Source: Candidatus Poriferihabitaceae bacterium | GTDB taxonomy: Bacteria > Pseudomonadota > Gammaproteobacteria > Arenicellales > Poriferihabitantaceae | Assembly: GCA_965243285.1 (NCBI GenBank) | Contig: OZ251537.1 | Coordinates: forward strand, 2,057,019-2,121,018 | Length of the DNA stretch: 64,000 nt | Reading direction: 5' to 3' | Shown: positions 1 through 9,088 of the stretch, piece by piece | Position numbering within the stretch: the first letter of the stretch is position 1 | How the letters are laid out: each line of letters begins with the position of its first letter | Program-made: the position numbers and the translations under genes | Notes under the pieces: model-generated | Databases searched by the model: none | The model's input: the letters and a program-made list of their open reading frames with translations, nothing else | Told to the model about the DNA's origin: nothing

Positions 1-1
1 A

Positions 2-481
2 TTGGTCGAAAAAATGGTGGATAACGCAGTGGCCGAAATGCTGCTCGGCGTCGGCTACGACCCCCAATTTGGACATTACATGAGCATAGGTTTCGGCGGC
101 GCTTTGGTGGAATTAATCGCCGACCGCGCCCTGCTACTGCCGCCAATAACCGAAGCCATGCTAACCGCCGTCATCGCCGGCCTCAAAACCGCCGCCCTGC
201 TGCACGGCTATCGCAACCGCCCGCCGGCCGACTTATCCGCCCTGCTAAATTGCGCCATGCGCTTAGGTCACTTGATAGAAAGCGGCGCCCTAAACTCCCC
301 ACACGCCCCCGCCGCCGCCGCCTTAAACGCCGCCGCCCCCACCACCGCCGCCGCAGTCACCACCGCATGGCAAAGCATCGCCGAAATCGAAATAAACCCG
401 TTAATCGTAAAATCCCAAGGCCACGGCGCCGTAGTCACCGATGCGCTGATGGTGGTGCGGGTGGCGAAAAAATCGCTGTAA
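2..481 (+). CDS. C-terminal fragment of an NDP-forming acyl-CoA synthetase / acetate--CoA ligase family protein (5' end outside window)
   Basis: The ORF is open to the window edge and has GC-rich codon usage like the core genes. The tail (GYDPQFG..SIGFGG..., EIEINPLIV) resembles the C-terminal ATP-grasp/ligase-CoA region of this family. The assignment is from memory only. Confidence 0.45.
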   Translation: MVEKMVDNAVAEMLLGVGYDPQFGHYMSIGFGGALVELIADRALLLPPITEAMLTAVIAGLKTAALLHGYRNRPPADLSALLNCAMRLGHLIESGALNSPHAPAAAALNAAAPTTAAAVTTAWQSIAEIEINPLIVKSQGHGAVVTDALMVVRVAKKSL

Positions 482-590
482 AATTGGGTAAATATTGATA
501 TCCATCTCGTCATAAGCGCGGTGATTTTGGTATGGTTATTAGGTGTGCGCATAAGCGCTTTCATTAGCAATCTAAATAAAAAGCAGACCG

Positions 591-2570
591 ATGAGCATAG
601 GTAACATAGGTGTTTGGTTTGGCGATTTCATTGAACCCCTCATCGGAGCATTAAGAATCGATGGGGTCGGTCCGTTCCTCGCGCTCGTACTTCTCTTTGC
701 TGGCATCGGCATAGCACTTCGATTTGAGTTTAAATTTCGTTCTTTCAAAAAAGAACTAGATGGTGCAATTGTTGCGTTAGGGGATTTTGAAACGGAAGAA
801 GAATTCGCTGAAAATTTTGAAACAGCAGACCAATACTTTAAGAGTCGCACCGGTTTGAGCCAGTGTTGGATGGAGTTTACCGAATCCATCATCCATCCTC
901 ATGAAGCAAGACCTGGCGGCGCCAAGCCGGTCATCAGAAACACCGTTCGCCCTTTCGATTTTTTTGATGCGCGTTCTGCAGGTTTTGTCACACCGGTTCT
1001 AAAGATTTGGCCGAATGTATTTGTCGGCATCGGGCTGTTTTTGACTTTTGCCGGTCTCATCGCAGCGTTGACAGTGGCCGTAGACGGCATGGGTGGGGCG
1101 GCGGATGAAATGCAGCGCTCGCTGGTGGATTTGCTGAGGACTACATCCGCAAAATTTTACACATCATTGATGGCGCTTTTTGTATCCATCGTACTCACGG
1201 TTTATGTTCGGTATTTAGAATCGAGGCAAGATAAGTTATTCAAAAAACTAACCGATAAAATCGAACACGGAATGGTTTATGTATCCGCCGAAGAGGTCGC
1301 CTATCAGCAACTTATAGAGTTAAAAGAACAAAAAACCCAGTTACAAAATTTCAACACCGACCTCGCCATGAAAATTGGCGGGCACATCAAAAGCGCGGTA
1401 TCCGATGCAATGCAACCAGTGGTAGACAAGTTGACATCCATGGGCGAAAATATGGGGCAAAGCAATCTAGATGCAATGCGTGAAATCGGCGCCGCCATCG
1501 CAAAAAATGTTCAAGGCGCGGCAGGGGATAGCCTCGGCCACCTCTCCGATAGATTGGATAGTTTGACCACGGTGCTGGGCGATATGGCATCCAACCTCAG
1601 TAAAAGTACTGGGCAATTTGAAAATGATATTGCGGCATCGTTGGATAGCATGAAAGCCGGTATGCAAGCGATGGCGACTGAGTTGCAAAACAATGCCAGC
1701 CAGACATCGGATATGCTGTCGGCAAAACTCGAAAAATTGGCGGATGCGTTGACCGATGCGGCGGGAAACATCAAAAGCAAATTAGAGGAAGGCGCCGGAC
1801 AGGTATCATCAGAGCTTGAAACAGCCATATCAAAATTAACAAAAGCTACCGATGCAAGCGCCGTAAAAATGAGCGCGGCGGTGAGCGATATAAAAAATTC
1901 AGTATCATCCATGTCAACAGCGCTGGAAACTGCTTCGCAGCAAGCGGGAAGCGTAGCCCAGCAAAAAATGGAACAGGCAGGCACTAAAGTGGCGGAAGAA
2001 TTTAGCCAAGCGGGAACCAACATGGCTGCCGCACTCGAAGGCGGTATATCTGAGCTATCGTCGGCAATGAGCGGCTTTGAAAAATCCTTGGGTAGCGCAT
2101 CTGGCAGTATGCAGTCGATGCGCGATGGACTAGATAGCACATCAGGCAGTCTACGCGATGCTAGTTCGCGAATAACAACCAGCGCGGCGACTTTAGCGGA
2201 TGCATCGGGCAAGATTAATGAGATTTTGCAACCAGCCTTGCGCGCCACCGAAGGAATTCAATCCGCAGTGCGTCAGATGGATGAAAAAATAACGCAGTCA
2301 GCAGCGCAAATGAGCATTGCTGTTTCTAATCTAGAAAAAGAAATGAAACAACATGGAGACGCGTGGGAGAGGCATTCACAAAAATTCGATGGCGTGGACG
2401 CAAAATTAGGTGAAGTATTTTATAAGGTCAATCAACAAATTGAAGAAAGCCAGAGACGGATGGGTGAGTTTGTAACTGAGTTGGATAAAATATTTAGCGA
2501 GGCCATAACCCGGCTTGCTGAGGCAGTTGAAGAACTCGAAGAGGAACGAAAAGAGGGGCGAAAATCGTAA
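591..2570 (+). CDS. zorA: ZorA, MotA/ExbB-like membrane protein with a long C-terminal coiled-coil tail (Zorya type I)
   Basis: 659 aa. The N-terminal part has hydrophobic helices (GPFLALVLLFAGIGIAL, VFVGIGLFLTFAGLIAAL, FYTSLMALFVSIVLTVYV). About 400 aa of Ala/Ser/Glu/Lys/Gln-rich helical repeat follow. It is the first gene of a tightly packed 4-gene AT-rich operon with a MotB-like partner. Confidence 0.75.
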   Translation: MSIGNIGVWFGDFIEPLIGALRIDGVGPFLALVLLFAGIGIALRFEFKFRSFKKELDGAIVALGDFETEEEFAENFETADQYFKSRTGLSQCWMEFTESIIHPHEARPGGAKPVIRNTVRPFDFFDARSAGFVTPVLKIWPNVFVGIGLFLTFAGLIAALTVAVDGMGGAADEMQRSLVDLLRTTSAKFYTSLMALFVSIVLTVYVRYLESRQDKLFKKLTDKIEHGMVYVSAEEVAYQQLIELKEQKTQLQNFNTDLAMKIGGHIKSAVSDAMQPVVDKLTSMGENMGQSNLDAMREIGAAIAKNVQGAAGDSLGHLSDRLDSLTTVLGDMASNLSKSTGQFENDIAASLDSMKAGMQAMATELQNNASQTSDMLSAKLEKLADALTDAAGNIKSKLEEGAGQVSSELETAISKLTKATDASAVKMSAAVSDIKNSVSSMSTALETASQQAGSVAQQKMEQAGTKVAEEFSQAGTNMAAALEGGISELSSAMSGFEKSLGSASGSMQSMRDGLDSTSGSLRDASSRITTSAATLADASGKINEILQPALRATEGIQSAVRQMDEKITQSAAQMSIAVSNLEKEMKQHGDAWERHSQKFDGVDAKLGEVFYKVNQQIEESQRRMGEFVTELDKIFSEAITRLAEAVEELEEERKEGRKS

Positions 2571-2572
2571 CA

Positions 2573-3388
2573 ATGAGCATAAGAAAGCAAAATCAATATC
2601 AAGATCATGGCGATGATTCCTATTTCGTCTCTATGACCGACATCATGGTGGGGCTGCTGTTTATTTTCATTCTCATTATCATGTATTTTGCTTTTCAGTT
2701 AAAAGTACAGGCTGAATCTCACCATGATAATTATGCGCAAGCGGCCACCATTCACCGTACTAAAATTCTTAACAAAATCAAACGCCACCTTGAAAAAAAT
2801 GGTGTTCTGAATGTAGAAATAGATATCGAGCATGGAATACTCAGGCTTCCCGAAGGCGTGTTGTTTGATTCCGGCGTAGCGGATATTCCAAAGGGGGGCG
2901 ATGCGGATAAAATTTCCGAAAAACTGGCCATGGCATTCCACGAGGTACTGCGCTGTTCGGTTTTTTCCAACAATGAACGGCCGCTGGATTTATCTACTGA
3001 TTGCATCGCCGATAATCGCGATAAAATATTTATAGAATCGGTGTTGATTGAAGGGCACACCGATAATGTTCCGGTGGGCAATCAGGGCTTGCGTGCCGAC
3101 CCCAAAATCAATAGTAATTTGCGGTTGTCAGCACGCCGAGCAACGAATACTTATGTAAACTTGACCGGCTATGAGCCAGCGTTGAAAGAATTTAGATCAC
3201 CGCAAAACAACGCCCTGTTTGCGGTGTCTGCCTATGGCGCAACGCGCCCGACGGCGAGCAATACCAATGAAATAAATAAGAGCAATAACCGCCGCATTGA
3301 CATACGTTTGCTAATGTTTGTGCCGGTACAAAGTGTTGCTCTGTTCGGTTACAAAAAAAGATTGAGTGATTTTTATGAAACCCCGTAA
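2573..3388 (+). CDS. zorB: ZorB, MotB-like protein with an OmpA-type peptidoglycan-binding domain
   Basis: It starts 2 nt after the zorA stop. It has a single TM helix with a conserved Asp (SMTDIMVGLLFIFILIIMYF). The OmpA-like C-terminus shows IEGHTDNVPV...NLRLSARRATN. Confidence 0.8.
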   Translation: MSIRKQNQYQDHGDDSYFVSMTDIMVGLLFIFILIIMYFAFQLKVQAESHHDNYAQAATIHRTKILNKIKRHLEKNGVLNVEIDIEHGILRLPEGVLFDSGVADIPKGGDADKISEKLAMAFHEVLRCSVFSNNERPLDLSTDCIADNRDKIFIESVLIEGHTDNVPVGNQGLRADPKINSNLRLSARRATNTYVNLTGYEPALKEFRSPQNNALFAVSAYGATRPTASNTNEINKSNNRRIDIRLLMFVPVQSVALFGYKKRLSDFYETP

Positions 3389-4760
3389 TATTTCAGATGT
3401 GGAAGTTAATTTTAATTTTAATTTTCATATTTCTAAATTTAATGTGCAGTCGCGAACTGCAATATCTGCGATAAAAACTATCGAAAAATATCGCGAACCC
3501 ACGCCAACCATCGCCGAAGATAGCGATGCTATTTTTGAAAAATCAATGCTAATATTTAAAGGCGATAGCGATGAAATATTATCCGAAAAAGAAATCAGAA
3601 TAGTTGCTTTGGTTGTTTTAAATAAAAGCGATGATAGAAAATTTTACGGAAAATTATTTAAAAAAATTAATGAAATAGGAACGAGACGACTTTATTCCGC
3701 TTTACTATCTTCTTATGTAATGTACTTCGATGGCACTCGTGGTAGGTTTAAATTGGTCGCCGAAATGCTGCAAAAAAACACCGATAAACTATCACGGGCA
3801 TGGCGGCGGCGAATAAATGTCATTGATGTTTTGGATTTCAACTCCATCGAAGAAAATTTTGCGAGAAAAATACTAGAACATGGTGGCGAAAATAAATTTC
3901 TCGACCAAATTGGGCTAGGTAGCTATCGTTCAAGCAAATTAGTAACCGCCGCCATCATGGCATTGGCGAAGTTAATATCGGACCAAGTTAAACAAGGCGA
4001 TTTTGATAATATAGAAACATTTATCGAAATAATTTGTGATAACAAGAGCATTAAAGGGAATGCTGGTGTGGCCGCCATGATAGGGTTATTGCAGCCATTT
4101 GTAGATAAGCAGACACCACCTGATTGGATAAAAAATATCATTAAGGATGTTTTTATTAAATCATTTTCAGACCCGCGTGTTTCACGACATCGTTGGCCTG
4201 AGATTGATGAGAAATTTGGCGGCCAAAAACTTCGCGAGGATTGTATGGCGATCTTCACGAAGTGGATTATCAACGACACCATAGATCTATTTTTTAAAAT
4301 TATCGCAGAGCACGCACCTGATAACCAGTTTGCCCCGCGGCGCGATCTCTGGAAAACCTATTTTGCTCAAAATTATGTTAGCAATGCATGGGTTATATTG
4401 GGGGCGGATGCGGTGCGGACCGCATGGAATTTACGGCAAACTGGTGGCGTAGCGAGCGGCCTCGATTGGGGCAAACTCGAAGGCGCGGGCACCAACCAGA
4501 GTGTATTGTTGATGAAAATAAAAGATTTAGTCGTAGCTGAATGGAGTCATAATGGTAAGTTCAGAGCTTGGTCAGCGAACAAACCAAGATTTAATCAAAG
4601 CAAATATCATGCGGACCAATTAAGGAAAAACTCGAATAGAATAATGACAAAAAGTGGGAACTATAGTGACGGAATTGTGCATCTGGGCGATTGGGTAAGC
4701 AGGGCGCAATCCTACATTGAAGAACAAACCGGCATCAGACTTAGCAGGAAAATTCGATGA
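3366..4760 (+). CDS. zorC: ZorC, EH-signature domain protein
   Basis: 464 aa, overlaps zorB by 23 nt and zorD by 4 nt. The C-terminal segment ...VVAEWSHNGKFRAW... fits the conserved Glu/His signature. Its position is third in the zorABCD order. Confidence 0.6.
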   Translation: MIFMKPRNISDVEVNFNFNFHISKFNVQSRTAISAIKTIEKYREPTPTIAEDSDAIFEKSMLIFKGDSDEILSEKEIRIVALVVLNKSDDRKFYGKLFKKINEIGTRRLYSALLSSYVMYFDGTRGRFKLVAEMLQKNTDKLSRAWRRRINVIDVLDFNSIEENFARKILEHGGENKFLDQIGLGSYRSSKLVTAAIMALAKLISDQVKQGDFDNIETFIEIICDNKSIKGNAGVAAMIGLLQPFVDKQTPPDWIKNIIKDVFIKSFSDPRVSRHRWPEIDEKFGGQKLREDCMAIFTKWIINDTIDLFFKIIAEHAPDNQFAPRRDLWKTYFAQNYVSNAWVILGADAVRTAWNLRQTGGVASGLDWGKLEGAGTNQSVLLMKIKDLVVAEWSHNGKFRAWSANKPRFNQSKYHADQLRKNSNRIMTKSGNYSDGIVHLGDWVSRAQSYIEEQTGIRLSRKIR

Positions 4761-7700
4761 TGAATTTCAAAATTCAGTTGCAAGATGACGGGGTTTTATT
4801 GCGGCTAAGTGAACAGACGAAAAAGTTGCTTACCACCCAAGAAAACCAGATTGGAGTTGAATGTTGGGATAAACTCAGCGCGTTTCATCACATCGAAGCA
4901 TTAGGAGTATTGCGCGCCGCCGAGGAAGAATCGAGCAAGTGTCGGGTGCTAGCGGATGGTTATGGCTACCATCTTTCATTTGAATTCGTATCCAGTTTGG
5001 AGGACGTGCATGCTCGTGCTTTAAACCTACCCGCCACATTTCCCTATCAAATTCAAATTAAAACAAGCAGCAATATCGGCTCACCTAATTTTGCCGTCCG
5101 TTGGCAAGCATTTGGCAAGGGGCGGCATCTTATAGTACAAAAAATCGGTTGTTTTTTAAATCTGGGGGAAATGCAATATCGATTACCGTCGGATATTTTA
5201 AAAATAATCACTTGTATAGATGATTACAATAATTTATTGCAGTCGGATTTTGAAATAAAAACAAAATTTGTCGCTGAACTCAAATCTATTTTGCCATTAT
5301 CCCCCAGTAAAGAAGTGGGATTTGAGGGCGAGTTGGAAACTATTTCATTGCAACATGCGTCCGCATTTTCACTTCAAATAACAGGCGATAAAAATTCTAT
5401 TAACTTTAATCCGATCTTATTTCACAAATCTGCATTGGAAAAAATTTTAGAAACCAGTGAATTATTGGATGAAAAAGAACAAATATTATCCCCAAATGAT
5501 GCCCGCAATTTTTCTGCAGCATTTAAAAATGCTAATCAAGTGAATGCTACTTATCTGTTAGGTTCATCAAACTATATCTACATTGATGCATCATTAAAAT
5601 CAGCATTAGATGTGGTTTTGACCGCATCAAAATTGTCCAAAGAAAAACGAATTGAATTCGCAAAAGCACCGCAAAAGTACATAAGAGCTAAGTTTGGCAA
5701 AAATTTAGATGATCTGTCCGATATCGATATAGAAATTGAATCGCAATTAATCGATCAATTATTCATCGAGACAAAACAATTTTCCGATAGAGTTATCGAG
5801 GTGGGTATTTGGAAAATGCCTGATTTACCGTGGTTGAAAACAGAGCCCAGTGAGTGGCTAGCCGATAATTATTCTTTCTGGATACAAGGAAAAATAGTAT
5901 GTTTTCCAGTCATGGACTTAGAAAAAGTAATAACAAAAGTAAAAAAAGCAAAGCAGAATAACGCGCACTTTTGTGAAATTGGCGGCGAGCAAGTGACCCC
6001 CAGTTGTGATTTAATTAATTCACTAACTGATCTGTCTCCAATAATGCCGAATGTTAAAGAACCAAAACCAATAACTTATACTTCATCTGATCGTATTGTG
6101 CTTTTGACAAAAGAAAACTTTGAAAATCTCGAATACTATAAAAATATCGAGTGTCGCGTTGAAAAATTAACATCCAACCCGCCGCGCTGCTTAAGTTCAA
6201 GCACCACTCTCAAAGTGCATCAACAATTGGGCGTTGAATGGTTGGTCGAAACTTACAACCGCGGTTTGCCCGGGGTATTGATGGCAGATGATATGGGGCT
6301 TGGGAAAACGCTTCAAGCGTTGGTATTTTTAGCCATTATGGTTGAGGCGGGAAAGACGGATTTCGGCACCCCCATATTGATAGTGGCGCCAGTTAGTTTA
6401 TTAAAAAATTGGCAAGAGGAGCATGAAAAGCATCTTGCCGCACACGGGCTTGGAAGGTTTGGGAAATTATATGGCAATGGTTTGAAGCAATTCAAAATGG
6501 GCAGTGGACGAGATATTGAAACCGGGGAAGCGGCCTTGGATGCGGAGAAAATCAAAAGGTGCGACTGGTTACTGACAACTTATGAAACCTTGCGTGATTA
6601 TCAGGTGTCATTTGGGCAAGTAGAGTTTTCGTGCGTTATTTTTGATGAATTGCAAAAAGCCAAAAACCCGAGAAGTTTAATTTCTAAAGGCGCCAAGGTT
6701 TTAAATGCTGAATTTTCGGTGGGGTTGACCGGTACACCGGTGGAAAATTCACTCGCTGATTTATGGACAATTATGGACATTCTAAGACCAGGACGCTTGG
6801 GGGATTTGAAAACATTTTTAGGCAAGTACCCAACTCCGAAAAATGAAAACGATCAAGAAAGCATTAATAAATTAACCCATCTTTCGAAGCAATTGCTTGA
6901 AAAATCCACCAATGCCCCGGCGCCCATTCTGCGCAGAATGAAAGCAGATTTAAAAAATAATGAGTTGCCCGAGAAAATCATCGTCCATTCAAGTGAAACA
7001 ACCGAGATGATGCCGGAGATACAGGAAAATGCTTATGCAGCGGTTTCCAATAGATTAAATGGTGGATTCATTAAAACGATTGATGCTTTAGCACAATTTA
7101 AAACCATTTCCCTTCATCCCGTATCATCAAATAACCCCGAACAAATTTCTGTGGATGAGTATATCAAAGCATCGGCTCGACTGAAAGTTACATTTGCCAT
7201 CCTCGATGAAATTCAGAAAAGAAATGAAAAAGTACTTTTATTTATAGAAAGAAGATCGCTTCAGCCTATTTTGGCATCGATAATTAAACAAAAATATAAT
7301 TTAAACACACAACCATTGATCATAAATGGCCTGATAAGCGGCGATGCCCGGCAGAAAAAAGTTAATGCTTTTCAAAAACGGCGTGACGGATTTGATGCCA
7401 TGATAATATCGCCAAAGGCAGGTGGCGTGGGGTTGACGCTCACTGCGGCGAACAATGTCATTCATGTCGAGCGCTGGTGGAATCCCGCCGTGGAAGACCA
7501 ATGCACAGACCGCGCCTATAGAATCGGGCAGACCAATCGGGTAAGGGTTTATACGCCTATTGCGAGGAGCGAATCTTTCGGCAACAAATCTTTTGATTGT
7601 GTTTTGGATGAGTTGCTCAATAAAAAAAGATCATTGGCAAGTGGTATATTCATGCCTACTGTCATTGAACATGGCGCTTTTGGTGGTGCGTTAAAATCTG

Positions 7701-8119
7701 GTGTACCTGTGCTGGCGCCTGATTTGGATGAAATTGATCGCTTGGAATATGGGGTGGATTTTGAGGAACTGATTATTACTTGGATTAGGCGGGAAAACTT
7801 TAGCGCTCGGCGCACGCCAGTCAGCCATGATTATGGCGCTGACATTATTGTAAAAAATCGTGATACTAAAAAATCCGCCATCATTCAATGTAAACATCGT
7901 GCAGACAAAACTAAAAACATTTCAGATGATGCCGCGTGTGAAGTGCTCACTGCGACCAAGCATTATGGTTTAATAAACCCCGCACTATTGGTGGTGACCA
8001 ATGCAGAATCAGCCACTGAAAAGTGTCGGGTAAAATGCCGCGATGAGAATATTATTCTGGTGCTTCGCGATGATTTGGCGAGGTTTGGTGAAATCTTAAA
8101 TCAAAACACAAAGACATGA
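4757..8119 (+). CDS. zorD: ZorD, SNF2-family helicase fused to a C-terminal Mrr-like PD-(D/E)xK nuclease module
   Basis: 1120 aa. SNF2 motifs are present: LMADDMGLGKTLQAL, VIFDELQKAKN and GGVGLTLTAANNVIHVERWWNPAVEDQCTDRAYRIGQ. The C-terminal motif HDYGADIIVKNRDTKKSAIIQCKHR is typical of Mrr_cat. Confidence 0.8.
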   Translation: MMNFKIQLQDDGVLLRLSEQTKKLLTTQENQIGVECWDKLSAFHHIEALGVLRAAEEESSKCRVLADGYGYHLSFEFVSSLEDVHARALNLPATFPYQIQIKTSSNIGSPNFAVRWQAFGKGRHLIVQKIGCFLNLGEMQYRLPSDILKIITCIDDYNNLLQSDFEIKTKFVAELKSILPLSPSKEVGFEGELETISLQHASAFSLQITGDKNSINFNPILFHKSALEKILETSELLDEKEQILSPNDARNFSAAFKNANQVNATYLLGSSNYIYIDASLKSALDVVLTASKLSKEKRIEFAKAPQKYIRAKFGKNLDDLSDIDIEIESQLIDQLFIETKQFSDRVIEVGIWKMPDLPWLKTEPSEWLADNYSFWIQGKIVCFPVMDLEKVITKVKKAKQNNAHFCEIGGEQVTPSCDLINSLTDLSPIMPNVKEPKPITYTSSDRIVLLTKENFENLEYYKNIECRVEKLTSNPPRCLSSSTTLKVHQQLGVEWLVETYNRGLPGVLMADDMGLGKTLQALVFLAIMVEAGKTDFGTPILIVAPVSLLKNWQEEHEKHLAAHGLGRFGKLYGNGLKQFKMGSGRDIETGEAALDAEKIKRCDWLLTTYETLRDYQVSFGQVEFSCVIFDELQKAKNPRSLISKGAKVLNAEFSVGLTGTPVENSLADLWTIMDILRPGRLGDLKTFLGKYPTPKNENDQESINKLTHLSKQLLEKSTNAPAPILRRMKADLKNNELPEKIIVHSSETTEMMPEIQENAYAAVSNRLNGGFIKTIDALAQFKTISLHPVSSNNPEQISVDEYIKASARLKVTFAILDEIQKRNEKVLLFIERRSLQPILASIIKQKYNLNTQPLIINGLISGDARQKKVNAFQKRRDGFDAMIISPKAGGVGLTLTAANNVIHVERWWNPAVEDQCTDRAYRIGQTNRVRVYTPIARSESFGNKSFDCVLDELLNKKRSLASGIFMPTVIEHGAFGGALKSGVPVLAPDLDEIDRLEYGVDFEELIITWIRRENFSARRTPVSHDYGADIIVKNRDTKKSAIIQCKHRADKTKNISDDAACEVLTATKHYGLINPALLVVTNAESATEKCRVKCRDENIILVLRDDLARFGEILNQNTKT

Positions 8120-8922
8120 ACAATCCAGCAGACATGAACAATCAAGCGATTAGTACGGAGGCGCGGGATGGGGTTTTAGAGGTCACGCTGAATCGTCCCA
8201 AAGCCAATGCTATCGATGTGCATACGAGTCGGGAGATGGGGCGGGTGTTTGCGGAGTTTCGTGATGATGCGGCGTTGCGGGTGGCGATTATTACCGGCGC
8301 CGGCGGTAAATTTTTTTGCGCCGGGTGGGATTTGAAAGCGGCCGCGGCGCAAACTGAGGCCGCGGATGCGGATTTCGGCGTCGGCGGGTTCGGCGGGCTG
8401 CAAGAGTTGGCGGATTTGAATAAACCGGTCATCGCGGCGGTCAATGGCATCGCGTGCGGCGGCGGCATGGAGTGGGCGCTGTCGGCCGACCTCATCATCG
8501 CCGCCGAGCACGCCAGTTTCGCGCTGCCGGAGAGCACCGCCGGCACTATCGCCGATGCCGCCACCATCAAACTGCCCAAGCGCATCCCCTATCACATCGC
8601 CATGGATATGTTGTTTACCGGGCGCTGGATGGCGGCCGATGAGGCGCAGCAGCGCGGTTTGGTGAACGAGGTGGTATCGGCGGCGGAATTATTACCGCGG
8701 GCGCGGGAGTTGGCGCAGTTGTTGGCGGCCGGCCCGCCGCTGGTGTTCGCCGCCATCAAGGAATGCCTGCGGCTGACGGAGCATATGCCCACCGAGCAAG
8801 CCTTTGCCTTGCTGCACAGCAAAACGCCGCCGACCATAAAGACGCTGTATGAGAGTGAAGATACGCTGGAGGGCGCGCGCGCCTTTAGCGAAAAACGCCG
8901 ACCGGTTTGGAAGGGGCGGTGA
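8116..8922 (+). CDS. caiD: Carnitinyl-CoA dehydratase / crotonase-family enoyl-CoA hydratase
   Basis: It resembles E. coli CaiD along its length as I remember it: LNRPKANAIDV, AIITGAGGKFFCAGWDLKAAA, and the end FSEKRRPVWKGR. The first ATG overlaps the zorD stop (ATGA). The second ATG at 8134 gives a CaiD-like N-terminal length. Confidence 0.75.
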   Translation: MNNPADMNNQAISTEARDGVLEVTLNRPKANAIDVHTSREMGRVFAEFRDDAALRVAIITGAGGKFFCAGWDLKAAAAQTEAADADFGVGGFGGLQELADLNKPVIAAVNGIACGGGMEWALSADLIIAAEHASFALPESTAGTIADAATIKLPKRIPYHIAMDMLFTGRWMAADEAQQRGLVNEVVSAAELLPRARELAQLLAAGPPLVFAAIKECLRLTEHMPTEQAFALLHSKTPPTIKTLYESEDTLEGARAFSEKRRPVWKGR

Positions 8923-9088
8923 GGGGGGTGTTTTCCGCGAAGGGGGTGGCGTGATTCGCGTATGGGTTTTGGGTATTGATTTCCAATTCACGCATTAATT
9001 CCAGCATGAACTTCAAGTTTATGTACATATATATGTTCATATATATGCACGCTGCCGGGTTATATTTCACCGTGCGCTGATTTATATT

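Noticed and set aside
8113-8148. The direct repeat GACATGAACAATC at the zorD/caiD junction as a target-site duplication of the Zorya island.
   Set aside because: Both copies sit at the same (right) end, 18 bp apart. They form an 18 bp x 2 in-frame tandem duplication (DMNNPA/DMNNQA). No matching copy is present at the left island boundary (482-590).
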